Below are positions 18,344-28,710 of a stretch of DNA of 64,000 bases, one piece after another; the first letter of the stretch is position 1; every line of letters begins with the position of its first letter. The stretch spans positions 1,664,001-1,728,000 of the forward strand of contig CAXXUK010000001.1 in NCBI GenBank assembly GCA_963665125.2. Direction: 5' to 3'. The notes under the pieces were generated by a model. That model was not told where the DNA came from and searched no databases. It was given only the letters and a program-made list of their open reading frames with translations. The DNA is from an uncultured Desulfarculus sp. Its GTDB lineage: Bacteria > Desulfobacterota > Desulfarculia > Desulfarculales > Desulfarculaceae. The position numbers were made by a program, and so were the translations under genes.

Positions 18344-18475
18344 TCGGCCCGACCTCCATGGCGTTGCTCAACTTGAGCAAACCTAGACCATGGAAGCGGC
18401 GCTATCTCGTGAAGGCATTCAAAAAAGCAGGGCCGGACCAAACGGCCCGGCCCCGGAATGGCTGGTCGCCAAGGA

Positions 18476-21400
18476 TCAACTTTGCCGCTGGAGTTCCTCG
18501 ACGCTCGGCAATTGGTCGGCAACCTGTTTCGGCTTGCGCTTGAACAGGCGGCCGACGTCCTCCAGGACCAGATAAAGGGCCGGGACCATGGCCAGGGTGA
18601 TGAAGGTCGCGAACAGGATGCCAAAGCCCAGGGAAATGGCCATGGGGATAAGGAATCGAGCCTGGCGGGAGGTCTCCAAAATCATCGGGGCCAGTCCGCC
18701 GAAGGTCGTCAGGGTGGTGAGCATGATCGGCCGGAAGCGCTGGATACCCGCTTCGAGAATCGCCCTTGAGGCATCCGTCCCGGCATGCCTCTTGCGGTTG
18801 GCAAAGTCGATCATCACCAGGGAGTCGTTGACCACCACACCCGACAGCGCCACCACGCCGAACAGGCTCATCACCGACATTGAGTAGCCCATGAGCACGT
18901 GGCCGATGACTGCGCCGATCATGCCGAAGGGTATGCAGAACATGATGATCAGCGGCTGGGCGTAGCTCCGGAAAGGGATGGCCAACAGCGCGTAAATGGC
19001 GATCAGGGTCATCAACAGGCCGGAAATCAGCGCCGTTACGCTATCGCGGATATCGGCCTGTTTGCCCTCGAAGCTAAACGACAAACCGGGATAGCGGGCC
19101 ACCAGTTCCTGTAGCGTATCCCGTTTGACACTGGTCACGATGTTTTCGGCCATCGAGGCGGGAGTCACGTTGGCGGTGACGCTGACCACCCGGCGGCCGT
19201 CCATGCGGTTGATGGACGTAAACGCGCGGCCGGGCACCATCTTCACCGCGTCCCGGAGCATGATCTCGCCCTGGGGGGCCTTGAGCACCAGGTCTTCCAG
19301 GGTGGTCTCGTCTGCCCGCTCGTTTTCGGGCAGCCGCACCCGCACGGTGACTTCGTTGCGTCCCCTGAGCTGGCGCACCGCCTCGGAACCCTGGAAAGCG
19401 TAACGCACTTGGTTGGCCACCTCCCTGGAGGTCAGCCCCATGCTCTTGCCCGCCGGGAGCAGATGGATGTCGTATTGTTTCTTGCCCTTGGCCGAACCGT
19501 CGTCGATGTCGCTGACCATGGGGAATTCGGCCAGGATATCCGCCAATTCCCGCCCGGCCGCGTCCAGCCTGTCCTTGTCGCGGTGGGAAAGCTGAATGGT
19601 CAGGCTTTTGCCGTGGCCGGGCCCGCCGCGGTCTGATTCGAACTTGATGGACTCCAGGCCGGATACAGGGCCGACCTTTTCACGCCAGAGTTTGGTTACG
19701 GCTGCTGTGGACATGGGCCGTTTTTCAGCCCGAACCATGTATATCCGCGCCGCCACCGTGTTTTCCTTGACATAGCTGAAGATGCCCAGGGCCAGGTCTT
19801 CCCCGCCGTTTTCATCGACCACCACCCCGGCGGCCTTGACCAGTCGTTGTTCGACCTCTTCCGCCCTTTGCCGGGGCGAACCATAGGGCAACACAGCCTC
19901 GGCATAGGCATAGTCGGCCTCGATTTTCGGGAACAGAACCATGCCCATCCGGCCCGAATTGATATAGCCCATGGTGGCCAGGAGTATGGTTATGCCAAAG
20001 GCCAGCACAACGTAGCGGTGTTCGAGCATCCAGGCCAGCAGGTGACCGTATCTGCGCCGCACGAAGTGCTCGAACTTTTGGCTAAAACGGTCCTGCCACT
20101 TTTGCAGGGCCGAAAGCGGCCAAAACAGTTTTCCGCCTCCATGGCTCAAGTGGGCCGGTAAAACGAACAGGCTCTCGATCAGGGAAACGGCAAAGACGGC
20201 AACGACCACGATGGGGATGGACTTGAATATCTTGCCCATCATGCCGGGCACGAAAAACAGCGGCAGGAAAGCAACCATGTTGGTGATTACGCTGAACACC
20301 ACCGGCATGGCAACCTCCCGGGCGCCCTTGATGGCGGCGGGCAACATGCCCATGCCCCTGCGGCGGTGGTAGTAGACGTTTTCGCCCACCACGATGGCGT
20401 CGTCAACCACGATGCCCAGGGTGACGATAAAGCCGAACATGGTGATCATGTTGATGGTGAAATCGGTGGTCGCCAGCAACAGGAACGCCCCGAAAAACGA
20501 AATGGGGATGCCCAGGCTGACCCAAAACGCCAGGCGGATATCCAAAAACAGCGCCAGCAGTATAAACACCAGGGCCAGACCCAGGTAGGCGTTGTTCATC
20601 AGCAGGGTGGCCCGCTGTTCAAACATCTCGGAGCGGTCCCTGACAACATTTATCTTCAGTTCGCTGGGCAGGGTCTGGTTAAGGCGATCGATAACCTTTT
20701 TGGCGGCCGCGGCAACGGGTATGGGCTTCTGGTTGCCCACCCGGTAGACCTCCAAGTTGATGGCCGGTTTGCCGTTGTAGTTGGCCCAGGAATCGGTGTC
20801 CTCAAACCCTTCGGTGACGGTGGCGACGTCTTCCAGGAGCACCTGGCTGCCGTCTTTGGTGGTGATTATCGGCAACCTGGCGAATTGCCGGGCAAAGTCG
20901 CGCCGGTCCTTGACCCGCACAAGGATGTCGCCGCCCGGCGTCTCCAGGGAGCCTCCGCCCAGTTCCACCGAGGCGTGGGCCACCGCGCTGCTGACCTCAC
21001 CCAGGGTCAGGCCGTAGCGCCGCAGGTTGGCCTGGCTGATCTCCACATGGATCTCCATGTCCCGAACGCCCTCAAACTCAACCTGGGTGATTTCCGGGTC
21101 ATTAAGCAGCTCGTCGCGAACAGTCTCGCCCACCTCGCGCAGGGTGCGCTCGCTTACGTTTCCATACAGGGAGAACGAAATAACCTCGCGCTTGCGGGCG
21201 ACTATGGTGACCGATGGCTCCTTGGCCTCCTCGGGGAAGGTATCGATGCGGTCGACCTCGCTTTTCATCTCCTGCCAAAGCCTGGTGACGTCCGCTCCTT
21301 CGATGGCCTCCACGATAATTGAACCGGACCCCTCCGAAGCCACGGAGGTGACCTCCTTAACGCCTTCCAGGCCCTGGATGGCCTCTTCCACGGGCAGGAT

Positions 21401-21619
21401 AATGCCTTGTTCAACTTCCTCAGGGCTGGCCCCGGGATAGGCGACGCTGACCTTGACCATGTCCATGTCAAAGTCGGGGAACACTTCCTGCTTGATGTTG
21501 AGGCCGACGAGCAAACCGCCGACAAGCAGTACAGCCATCAGCAGGTTGGCCGCCACGCTGTTGCCGGCCATCCAGCTGATCGGCCCTCGCGGCTCGTTGT
21601 GAACCTGCTTATCGCTCAT
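18476..21619 (-). CDS. RND efflux transporter permease (AcrB/HAE-type)
   Basis: 1047 aa; YPGASPEEVE, GIVVDDAIVVGEN, RFRPIMLT. Confidence 0.95.
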   Translation of the reverse strand: MSDKQVHNEPRGPISWMAGNSVAANLLMAVLLVGGLLVGLNIKQEVFPDFDMDMVKVSVAYPGASPEEVEQGIILPVEEAIQGLEGVKEVTSVASEGSGSIIVEAIEGADVTRLWQEMKSEVDRIDTFPEEAKEPSVTIVARKREVISFSLYGNVSERTLREVGETVRDELLNDPEITQVEFEGVRDMEIHVEISQANLRRYGLTLGEVSSAVAHASVELGGGSLETPGGDILVRVKDRRDFARQFARLPIITTKDGSQVLLEDVATVTEGFEDTDSWANYNGKPAINLEVYRVGNQKPIPVAAAAKKVIDRLNQTLPSELKINVVRDRSEMFEQRATLLMNNAYLGLALVFILLALFLDIRLAFWVSLGIPISFFGAFLLLATTDFTINMITMFGFIVTLGIVVDDAIVVGENVYYHRRRGMGMLPAAIKGAREVAMPVVFSVITNMVAFLPLFFVPGMMGKIFKSIPIVVVAVFAVSLIESLFVLPAHLSHGGGKLFWPLSALQKWQDRFSQKFEHFVRRRYGHLLAWMLEHRYVVLAFGITILLATMGYINSGRMGMVLFPKIEADYAYAEAVLPYGSPRQRAEEVEQRLVKAAGVVVDENGGEDLALGIFSYVKENTVAARIYMVRAEKRPMSTAAVTKLWREKVGPVSGLESIKFESDRGGPGHGKSLTIQLSHRDKDRLDAAGRELADILAEFPMVSDIDDGSAKGKKQYDIHLLPAGKSMGLTSREVANQVRYAFQGSEAVRQLRGRNEVTVRVRLPENERADETTLEDLVLKAPQGEIMLRDAVKMVPGRAFTSINRMDGRRVVSVTANVTPASMAENIVTSVKRDTLQELVARYPGLSFSFEGKQADIRDSVTALISGLLMTLIAIYALLAIPFRSYAQPLIIMFCIPFGMIGAVIGHVLMGYSMSVMSLFGVVALSGVVVNDSLVMIDFANRKRHAGTDASRAILEAGIQRFRPIMLTTLTTFGGLAPMILETSRQARFLIPMAISLGFGILFATFITLAMVPALYLVLEDVGRLFKRKPKQVADQLPSVEELQRQS

Positions 21620-22842
21620 TTTTGTTCACCTTTGGCCGAAGCGGTGCGCGCCGGCGCGGCCTGCGGGGCATCACCAGCGGACCGAAGCAACATGCCCTGC
21701 ACCGGAGTTGCCAGATCCGACATCACCACCATGTCACCGGATTTCAATCCAGAGGCGATGAATACGCTGTCGGCTTGCTTCCAGGCCGTTTTCACCGGCC
21801 GGATATCGAGTTTGCCGCTATCGAACACCCACACGTTTTCACCTTCGCGCAGGGCGGTGCGGGGCACTTTGATCACGTTTTTCAAAGGTTTTCCGGCGAT
21901 GTTCACGTTTACATAGTCGTCGATCATCAGTTGGGGACCGCTGTTATCGCCCGCCAGACCCAGGGGGTCGGAAACCGCGATGATGACCTTGGCCATGCGT
22001 CCGTTTTCGCCAAGCTTACCGGTCAGCCGTGTGGCCCGTCCCGTCCACTTGCCGCCCGCGGCCTGGGATGAAACAACGGCCTCGGCCCCGTTGCCCTCGC
22101 CCAGGTGCAGCGCGGTCAGGCGGTCCAGAGGCACGGCCGCCTCCACCCAGAACTCGTCGGTGCCCACAAGGGTGGCCACCGATTCCTGGGCCTTGACATG
22201 GGAGCCGATGTTTACGCTCCTTTCGATGATCAGCGCATTGAACGGCGCCCGGACCACGGTGCGTTCCAGATCCAGCTTGGCCTTGGCCACAGCCGCCTGG
22301 GCGCTGGCCACGGCAGCCAGGGCCTGTTTGAGTTGCGGCGCCCGGAGCATCAGGTCGGTGGCCTTGATCTCCTCGCCGGCGGCCTGGCTCATCAGGCGCA
22401 TTTCTTCTCGGGCTATGGCCTGACTGCCCTGCTCTATGGAAAGATCAGCCTGGGCGGTGTTCAACGCCGCCTGGGCCTTTTGCAATTCGATTTCATAGTC
22501 GGCCTTGTCCAGGCGCACCAGCACATCGCCCTTGGCCACATGGCCGCCGGGTGTGAAGCCCTGGCCCAGGGCCATAACGTCGCCCGAAACCCTGGAGCGC
22601 AAATCAACCTCGGTTGCCGCCACCACCACGCCCATTGCCGAGACATAGGCCGTGGCCTGGCCCTTTTCGACAGTGGCCAGTTCGACAATCGTCGGCATGG
22701 CCGCGTGGTGTTTGCGCACTATTTTCGGCGCGGTCAGATTGAAAACCATCCACGCTCCGACACCAATGGCGACCAACACCAGGGGGGCGACAACCTTGAG
22801 CAGCGTGCTCTTGTCTTTCTTGGATTTACCGCGTATGCCCAT
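21616..22842 (-). CDS. RND efflux membrane fusion protein
   Basis: N-terminal TM, VSG, coiled hairpin, LERTVVRAPF. Confidence 0.92.
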   Translation of the reverse strand: MGIRGKSKKDKSTLLKVVAPLVLVAIGVGAWMVFNLTAPKIVRKHHAAMPTIVELATVEKGQATAYVSAMGVVVAATEVDLRSRVSGDVMALGQGFTPGGHVAKGDVLVRLDKADYEIELQKAQAALNTAQADLSIEQGSQAIAREEMRLMSQAAGEEIKATDLMLRAPQLKQALAAVASAQAAVAKAKLDLERTVVRAPFNALIIERSVNIGSHVKAQESVATLVGTDEFWVEAAVPLDRLTALHLGEGNGAEAVVSSQAAGGKWTGRATRLTGKLGENGRMAKVIIAVSDPLGLAGDNSGPQLMIDDYVNVNIAGKPLKNVIKVPRTALREGENVWVFDSGKLDIRPVKTAWKQADSVFIASGLKSGDMVVMSDLATPVQGMLLRSAGDAPQAAPARTASAKGEQK

Positions 22843-24299
22843 CAGCTGATTCGTTCCTCTTCAGATTGTAATTTACCATTGGACTCGGCTTCGGCAGCCT
22901 TGGCCGGTTTTTCAAGTTTGCGGGTCCAGTCCCCACCCAGAGAGCGGTACAAGCCCACCCGGTATTTGACAAGCTTTGCCCGCTCGGCTACAACCTGGCG
23001 CTCCAGCCGCTGGACCGTGTCGCGGGCCGACAAATATGGCAGATAATCGCTTTGCCCGTTGAGGTATTGCAGGCTGGCGTCGCGCATGGACAACCGCGCG
23101 GCCGTCAACTGTTCCTGGAGCCGCTCGATGTATTCGCGCTCCCTGGTTTCGCTGACCAGGCTGTCCTCGACCTCCTTGATGGCCTCGGCCACGGTCTGGG
23201 CGTAGGCGGCCAAGCGCTCTTCGGCGATGGCCCGGTTTTCATCCACCACCGCCGCCCTGCGTCCGCCGTCGAAAATGGGCGCGGTGAGGTTGGCGGCCAG
23301 CATGGTCACCCAGTTGCCGAAAAACACGTCCAAGGCGCCGCTACTAAAGGCGGCCTCGGCCGAGATGCTGATATTGGGCAGGCGGTTGGCCCTGGCCGCG
23401 GCCACGGACCAATCGGCCGACTGCAAGCGTAGCCCCGCCGCCCTCACATCGGGTCGGGATGACAATAAATCCGCCGGCAGGCCCACGGACGGCACCTGGC
23501 CGAGCTTGGGCATTTCCAACTGCTCACATTTGGCCTCTCCGGCGGTGGCCCGGCCCAACAGAACGTTGAGCTTGCTGGTCAGGGTGCTTTGCTCCAGCTT
23601 CAGCAGGGGCAGATCCGCCCTGGCCGCGGCCAGGGCCTGACGCTGCTGGGAGACATCCAATGCAGAGGCCTGGCCATTGGAAAAACGCAGCATCTGCAAG
23701 TCCAAGAGCGTGGAGTTGAGTTCAACCTGCTGCTGGACGATGCCCTGCCTGGTGCGCACCGAGATGAGATCGACCCAGGTGTCGACCACCTCCGCGGCCA
23801 CCGACACCGCAGCGGTTTCCAGGTCTTCCCTGGCCGCCGAGGCGTTGAGGATTTTCGCCTCATGGGTTGAGCGCACCCTGCCCCACAGGTCCAGCTCATA
23901 TGACGCCGCCAGGCCCAGCTTCCACGATTGGGTTTCGGTTATGGAGCCGTCGACATCGCGGTTTGGCTGACTCTGGGTGCTGCTTTGAGTGGCCTTGCCC
24001 GTGGCGTCCAGTTCCGGATAGCGGTAGGCCCCGGCCTGCACGGCAATGGCCTCGGCCTGGCTCAGCTTGGCCCAGGCCGTGCGGATGTCGAAGTTGTCCT
24101 TCAATGCCGTCTCTACCAGGGTGTTGAGTTCATCGCTGGCAAAGGCCTGCCACCATTTGCCTGGACCCCGTTCGCCCTTGCCGTAAAATAGGTATTGATC
24201 CGGCAGGTCCACAGGAGGCTCGGTGCGGGCCTGGGGCGCGAATGGTGAGCACCCGGCCAGCAACAGCAGGGCCACGATTAATATTGAAAGCCTATTCAT
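22842..24299 (-). CDS. Outer-membrane efflux lipoprotein (NodT/OprM family)
   Basis: Lipobox LAGC, SYELDLWG, RPDVRAA, LYRSLGG. Confidence 0.93.
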   Translation of the reverse strand: MNRLSILIVALLLLAGCSPFAPQARTEPPVDLPDQYLFYGKGERGPGKWWQAFASDELNTLVETALKDNFDIRTAWAKLSQAEAIAVQAGAYRYPELDATGKATQSSTQSQPNRDVDGSITETQSWKLGLAASYELDLWGRVRSTHEAKILNASAAREDLETAAVSVAAEVVDTWVDLISVRTRQGIVQQQVELNSTLLDLQMLRFSNGQASALDVSQQRQALAAARADLPLLKLEQSTLTSKLNVLLGRATAGEAKCEQLEMPKLGQVPSVGLPADLLSSRPDVRAAGLRLQSADWSVAAARANRLPNISISAEAAFSSGALDVFFGNWVTMLAANLTAPIFDGGRRAAVVDENRAIAEERLAAYAQTVAEAIKEVEDSLVSETREREYIERLQEQLTAARLSMRDASLQYLNGQSDYLPYLSARDTVQRLERQVVAERAKLVKYRVGLYRSLGGDWTRKLEKPAKAAEAESNGKLQSEEERIS

Positions 24300-24371
24300 C
24301 GCCTTCTCCAGGCCTGTCGGAGGCCCAGTTGGTTTTCATGACAAACGATCCGGGTGAATTGCGGCACCCGC

Positions 24372-24935
24372 CTAAATATTACAGTAAACGCTTAAACTAT
24401 CTCGCAAGGCCCTTCTGGCCCTGACCAGCAGGCTTTCCACCGCGCCGACCGATGTCTGCATGACCTCGGCTATCTCGGCATAGGCCAGGCCCTGGCCGTG
24501 GCGCAGCACCACGGCCGAACGTTGGTTTGGCGGCAGTTTCTGCAAGGCCCGGTCCAGGGCCAGAGCCGCCTGTTTGCCCTCCAGTTGGCTGTGGGGCGTT
24601 GTTTCAGTGATTTGTTCCGGCATTTCATCCACCAATTTCAATCCCTTGACGCGCAGGTTATCCAGACAAAGATTCCGGCATATCCGCAGCAAATATCCCT
24701 TGATGGTCCCCTCGGGGCGAAACCTGAGCGCATTGCGGTACAGGCGTAAAAACGTCTCCTGGGCCACGTCCTCGGCCAGGCTCTCATCGCCGAGCATGCG
24801 CCGGGCATAGCCGTATACCAGGCCCTGATAGCGCGACAAAAGCTCCCGAAAGGCCGCCTCATCGCCAGCGGCCATGCGCCCCACCAAATCCGCGTCAGCG
24901 GCGGCGGCTATGTCTGATACCTTTCGCACCAACAA
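24372..24935 (-). CDS. ECF RNA polymerase sigma factor
   Basis: AEDVAQETFL, region 4 LAYAEIAEVM..SVGAVESLLVRARR. Confidence 0.92.
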   Translation of the reverse strand: MLVRKVSDIAAAADADLVGRMAAGDEAAFRELLSRYQGLVYGYARRMLGDESLAEDVAQETFLRLYRNALRFRPEGTIKGYLLRICRNLCLDNLRVKGLKLVDEMPEQITETTPHSQLEGKQAALALDRALQKLPPNQRSAVVLRHGQGLAYAEIAEVMQTSVGAVESLLVRARRALRDSLSVYCNI

Positions 24936-24941
24936 GCCGCC

Positions 24942-25412
24942 CTATTTTTGTTTTTCGCCGCCCTGCGTTTTCAGCTTGACGTCATTGAAAAACGCCGCGC
25001 TGTATTCAGGCCCCAGAATCTGGTGCATATTCATCAAATGCTCTTTGACCAGGGCGTATTTGCGGCTCCCGAGTTCAAATATTTTGGCCCAGTTCTGGTC
25101 AAAAGCCTGTTGATCAAAGGTTCCCTCACGGCTCAGTAGCTCAAAGTTGTTGTGGCCTGTGGCCCTGATCTCGGACCTGATCAGCCCCATTTGGTTGAGG
25201 AAGCGGGAGTACTCGGCCTTGGCTTGCTGTTTGATTTGGGGAGGCAGGTCCAGTTCCTGCAGGGACTGCTCAATGGCCTGGATGTGGCGAATGTGGGAAG
25301 GCCCGGCCAGGTAATGGGCGTACAGGCCGTAGGCGGCCATGATCACAAAACCGATATTAAGGGCCAGGGAAAAGATCATGACCCAGCGTTTGTTTTCCGG
25401 TTTCATTGCCAC
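24942..25412 (-). CDS. Membrane-anchored periplasmic sensor (CnrX / heavy-metal-resistance family-like)
   Basis: TM with SLALN motif followed by helical domain (LDLPPQ...HQILGPE). Confidence 0.65.
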   Translation of the reverse strand: MAMKPENKRWVMIFSLALNIGFVIMAAYGLYAHYLAGPSHIRHIQAIEQSLQELDLPPQIKQQAKAEYSRFLNQMGLIRSEIRATGHNNFELLSREGTFDQQAFDQNWAKIFELGSRKYALVKEHLMNMHQILGPEYSAAFFNDVKLKTQGGEKQK

Positions 25413-25810
25413 AACCCCCCGTTATCCAGCGAGGCCAATTGGGTATAGTACTGGTTGACCTCGGTTCCGCCGTTCAAAGTCCCGGCCATAACCAGGCCCA
25501 AGAGCAGCCCTGCCGCAGCCAAACCCAAGGCGGCCCCGCGCATGCCCAGGCTCAGGCCCCGCCACCAGTTGCCCAGAGACAAGGCCGCATTTTCCTGATT
25601 AAAGGCCGCCATGGTCCGTTCCATCAGGTCCGGCGGCGTATGGGCTGGCATATATTGGTCCAGCAGGACTGTCAGTCCTTGCATCTCGCGCACCTTTGCG
25701 GCGCACTCAGGGCAGATATCCAGATGCTCCCGAACCTCGGCGGCCCTGGCGCTGTCCAGCTCGCCGTCCAGCCATAGGTCCAATAGTTTTCCGACACTCA
25801 TGCAATCCAT
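25403..25810 (-). CDS. Zinc-finger (HxxxCxxC) transmembrane anti-sigma factor
   Basis: MDC...LDGEL...HLDICPEC plus C-terminal TM. Confidence 0.88.
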   Translation of the reverse strand: MDCMSVGKLLDLWLDGELDSARAAEVREHLDICPECAAKVREMQGLTVLLDQYMPAHTPPDLMERTMAAFNQENAALSLGNWWRGLSLGMRGAALGLAAAGLLLGLVMAGTLNGGTEVNQYYTQLASLDNGGLWQ

Positions 25811-26070
25811 AGATCGCCTCCCAAAAAAAATTGGCTCTCATTTGTTAAACGCGCCAAGAGCCGAAAACCTGCGTCTGATTATATATTTTTTTTAAAAAAT
25901 ACACTGCAAAACGATGGATTCCCGTGATGGTTGGAACCGAGGCGCCGACTGCCCTTGAAAGGCCTTTGATTCGAGGAGATATCCAAGTTAGTCTGAAATG
26001 GTGACCGGCGTTTTCCGCGCCACCCGCCGTGGGCGCGGCTCGAGCAAGTTGCCGAAAGAAAGGCACGACA

Positions 26071-27176
26071 ATGTTACAGGGTAAACACAACAGGCGACGT
26101 TTTCTCAACAAGGCATTCAGGTTGGCTATCGGGTCGTCATTGGCCCTTTTGCTGCCTGGATCAGGCGCAAAAGCCTCGCCTGAGCGCCAAACGCCCCAGC
26201 GTCCCGAAGCCTGGATCGATTGCCACGCCCATTTGCAGCCCCTGTATCCCGTCCATGGCGTCGGCCTGTCTTTTGACTGGACCGGAGCCGTGGCGGTGGC
26301 CCTGTCCCGAATGGACCAGGCTGGAATATCCCACACGGTGATAATGCCGCCCCCGATGATGCCCGGGCAGGACGGCACCTATGACGCCGCCGAATTGCGC
26401 GGTGTCTGCGCGGAAAACAAAGACCGTTTCATCTTCATGGCCGGCGGAGGCTCCCTCAACCCCATGATCCACCAGGCCTGGCGCCAGGGTTCGGTGGAGC
26501 CGTCAATGGAACGCCGCTTCAGGGACACGGCCAAACAAATACTGGCCATGGGGGCGGCTGGCTTCGGGGAGATGGCCGCCGAACATTTTTCCTTCACCAC
26601 CAACCATCCTTATTAATCTGCCCCTCCGGATCACCCCCTGTTCCTGTTGCTTGCCGATATCGCCGCGGAAAACGATGTACCAATAGACCTGCACATGGAG
26701 GCGGTGCCCCAGGCCATGGACCTGCCGCCGCACCTGGCCTCGCCGCCCAACGCCAAGCGGCTGAGGCCCAATATCGATGGGTTGGAAAGATTGCTCGAGC
26801 ATAACCGGCGGCGCGTATATTCTGAAGCCACGTGGGCTGGGAACATACCGGCATGCGCACCCCTGCCCATTGCGAGCGGCTGCTGAAGCGGCACCCCAAC
26901 CTGTTCATGAGCTTCAAGACGCACAGGCACAGCTCCCGAATCACCCAGGCCCTGGACCACGGACGCCTAAGGGCCGGTTGGCTCAATCTGGTCCGGCTGT
27001 TCCCGAAGCGTTTCGTGATGGGCAGCGACCAGTTCTATCAAACCCCACAATCGCCCCTGCGTTTCCCCGACAGCATGCTGGGCGCCCTGGCCATCTTGCG
27101 AAGCCTGCCCCCGGATTTGACCGCCTTGGTCGGAAGAAAAAATCCGGCGGCGCTTTTCAGAGGCACCGGCGGCTGA
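26071..27176 (+). pseudogene. Tat-exported amidohydrolase-family protein, disrupted
   Basis: RRRFL Tat motif, IDCHAH, GFGE, DLHME, GSD; in-frame TAA at 26614, frameshift near 26810, TGA at 26823. Confidence 0.8.
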
Positions 27177-27235
27177 CACAGGTCAACCGATAAACCCGTC
27201 AACCGACGCCTTGCCTGTTGAGATCGCAAATACGC

Positions 27236-27259
27236 TTGACATACATACTGTATGTATGT
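27236..27259. promoter_or_regulatory. Perfect palindromic operator overlapping a -35 box
   Basis: TTGACA overlapped by ACATACATAC-T-GTATGTATGT (27239-27259). Confidence 0.75.
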
Positions 27260-27453
27260 TTTTATTGCTCCAGCGGTCGGCTCAACGGCCGAACCAACAG
27301 CAAGGATTAACCATATTCAAAACAGGAAGCTCCAATGCCGCCCAATCGTGTTGTAAACATAGACAATGGCTGAAATTGACGGCAACGGCTTCCCTTGGTG
27401 CGGGCCTGACGGTCTTCACCCTTGGGAACAAAAAAGTATGGGGAGGTTCATCC

Positions 27454-28521
27454 ATGAAGCAGCAGGTGAAATTGCATGCAGTTGAACTGTCCGGTTCGCC
27501 GGCGGAGGTGGGCACGGGCTGGGGTCGGGCCTTGGCCGGGCCCATGCGGCAAGGCCTGGACCGCATTCTCTCCTTGGTCCACGAAGTGCACAAAACCTCC
27601 CGCACCGATGCCCTGGCCTACGCCATGAAACTGTGGCCCGCGGCCACGCAATTCGATCCCGAACTCGAACCATTCGTGAAGGGACAAGCCCAAGGCGCGG
27701 AAATGAGCCTGGAAGAAGCTTGGGCCACAAGATGCGGCCTGGAGTTGTTGTTCTTCAACACCAATCTGGCCGCCATGTGCACCACTCTGGCCGGCACCGG
27801 ACCGGCCACCCCGGACGGAAAAACCATCATGGGCCAGAACATCGACTGGTTCACCGGCACACCTATTTCCCTGGTGCGCATCAAGCGAAGCGACGGCCTG
27901 CGCCAGTTGGTGCTGCCCATATTGGGTCTTGGCGAATACACCCTGAACTCCAGCGGCCTGGCCTGCTGCCTCAACGGGGTTGCGCCCATGCAGCCGGAGT
28001 TGAGACCCAAGCTGCCCATTGCCGCGTATCTGCCCCTGGCCATGCGCCAGACCAGCCATGCGAAGGCCCTGAAAATTTTGGAGCAGGCCAGCCGGGGCAT
28101 TGTGGCCGTGACCCTGGCCGACGCCCAAGGCAGCCTGGTTTGCGTGGAAGGCACATTGGATGATTATGAAGTTCTAAAGCCTAAAGATGGTTTTCTGGCC
28201 CACGCCAACAACTACCGCACACCACGTTTCCAGGCCGTGGACGGCTACCCGATGATCTTTCCCGACAGCCCGGCCCGCACCGCGCGCATGGATGTGTTGG
28301 CGGCCGGTCTTGGGGGCAAGCTGACGCCCCAAACACTGGGTCAGGCCCTGGCGGATCACCAGGGTCATCCCAATTCCATCTGCCGCCACCCTGATCCGGC
28401 CTTCCCCGAGGGCATGCGGGCCGAGTCCCTGGGTTCGTTCATCATGCTGCCCACCGAGGGCGCCATGCTGATGACGGCGGGCACTCCCTGCAACCATGAG
28501 TATGAAAGGTACGAATTATAG
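27454..28521 (+). CDS. Peptidase C45 / acyl-CoA:6-APA acyltransferase-family Ntn hydrolase
   Basis: G+G..+G..WG N-terminus, MCTT nucleophile site, GQNIDW, HANNY, SICRH; GGAGG RBS. Confidence 0.88.
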   Translation: MKQQVKLHAVELSGSPAEVGTGWGRALAGPMRQGLDRILSLVHEVHKTSRTDALAYAMKLWPAATQFDPELEPFVKGQAQGAEMSLEEAWATRCGLELLFFNTNLAAMCTTLAGTGPATPDGKTIMGQNIDWFTGTPISLVRIKRSDGLRQLVLPILGLGEYTLNSSGLACCLNGVAPMQPELRPKLPIAAYLPLAMRQTSHAKALKILEQASRGIVAVTLADAQGSLVCVEGTLDDYEVLKPKDGFLAHANNYRTPRFQAVDGYPMIFPDSPARTARMDVLAAGLGGKLTPQTLGQALADHQGHPNSICRHPDPAFPEGMRAESLGSFIMLPTEGAMLMTAGTPCNHEYERYEL

Positions 28522-28547
28522 AAACAACAACCAACGCCGTGGGAATG

Positions 28548-28584
28548 CAAAGGGGCGGCTCGATCTAACCGCCCCTTTGTTTTT
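28548..28584 (+). terminator. Intrinsic terminator
   Basis: CAAAGGGGCGG...CCGCCCCTTTG followed by TTTTT. Confidence 0.75.
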
Positions 28585-28710
28585 CAGGTGGGCATGGCGT
28601 GGCCCGATTCGCGGCCGGAGGATTTCTCCATCCCGCCTTCATGGCATATGCAGCTTGACTTTTTTTGGCAGGTTCTATAGTTTTTACTTGCACTTATGCA
28701 TACATCACAC

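Noticed and set aside
25843..25878. Shared TAAAC...CTGCGTCT motif with 15118-15144 as an ECF autoregulatory promoter
   Set aside because: Spacing differs and the orientation relative to the anti-sigma gene is opposite
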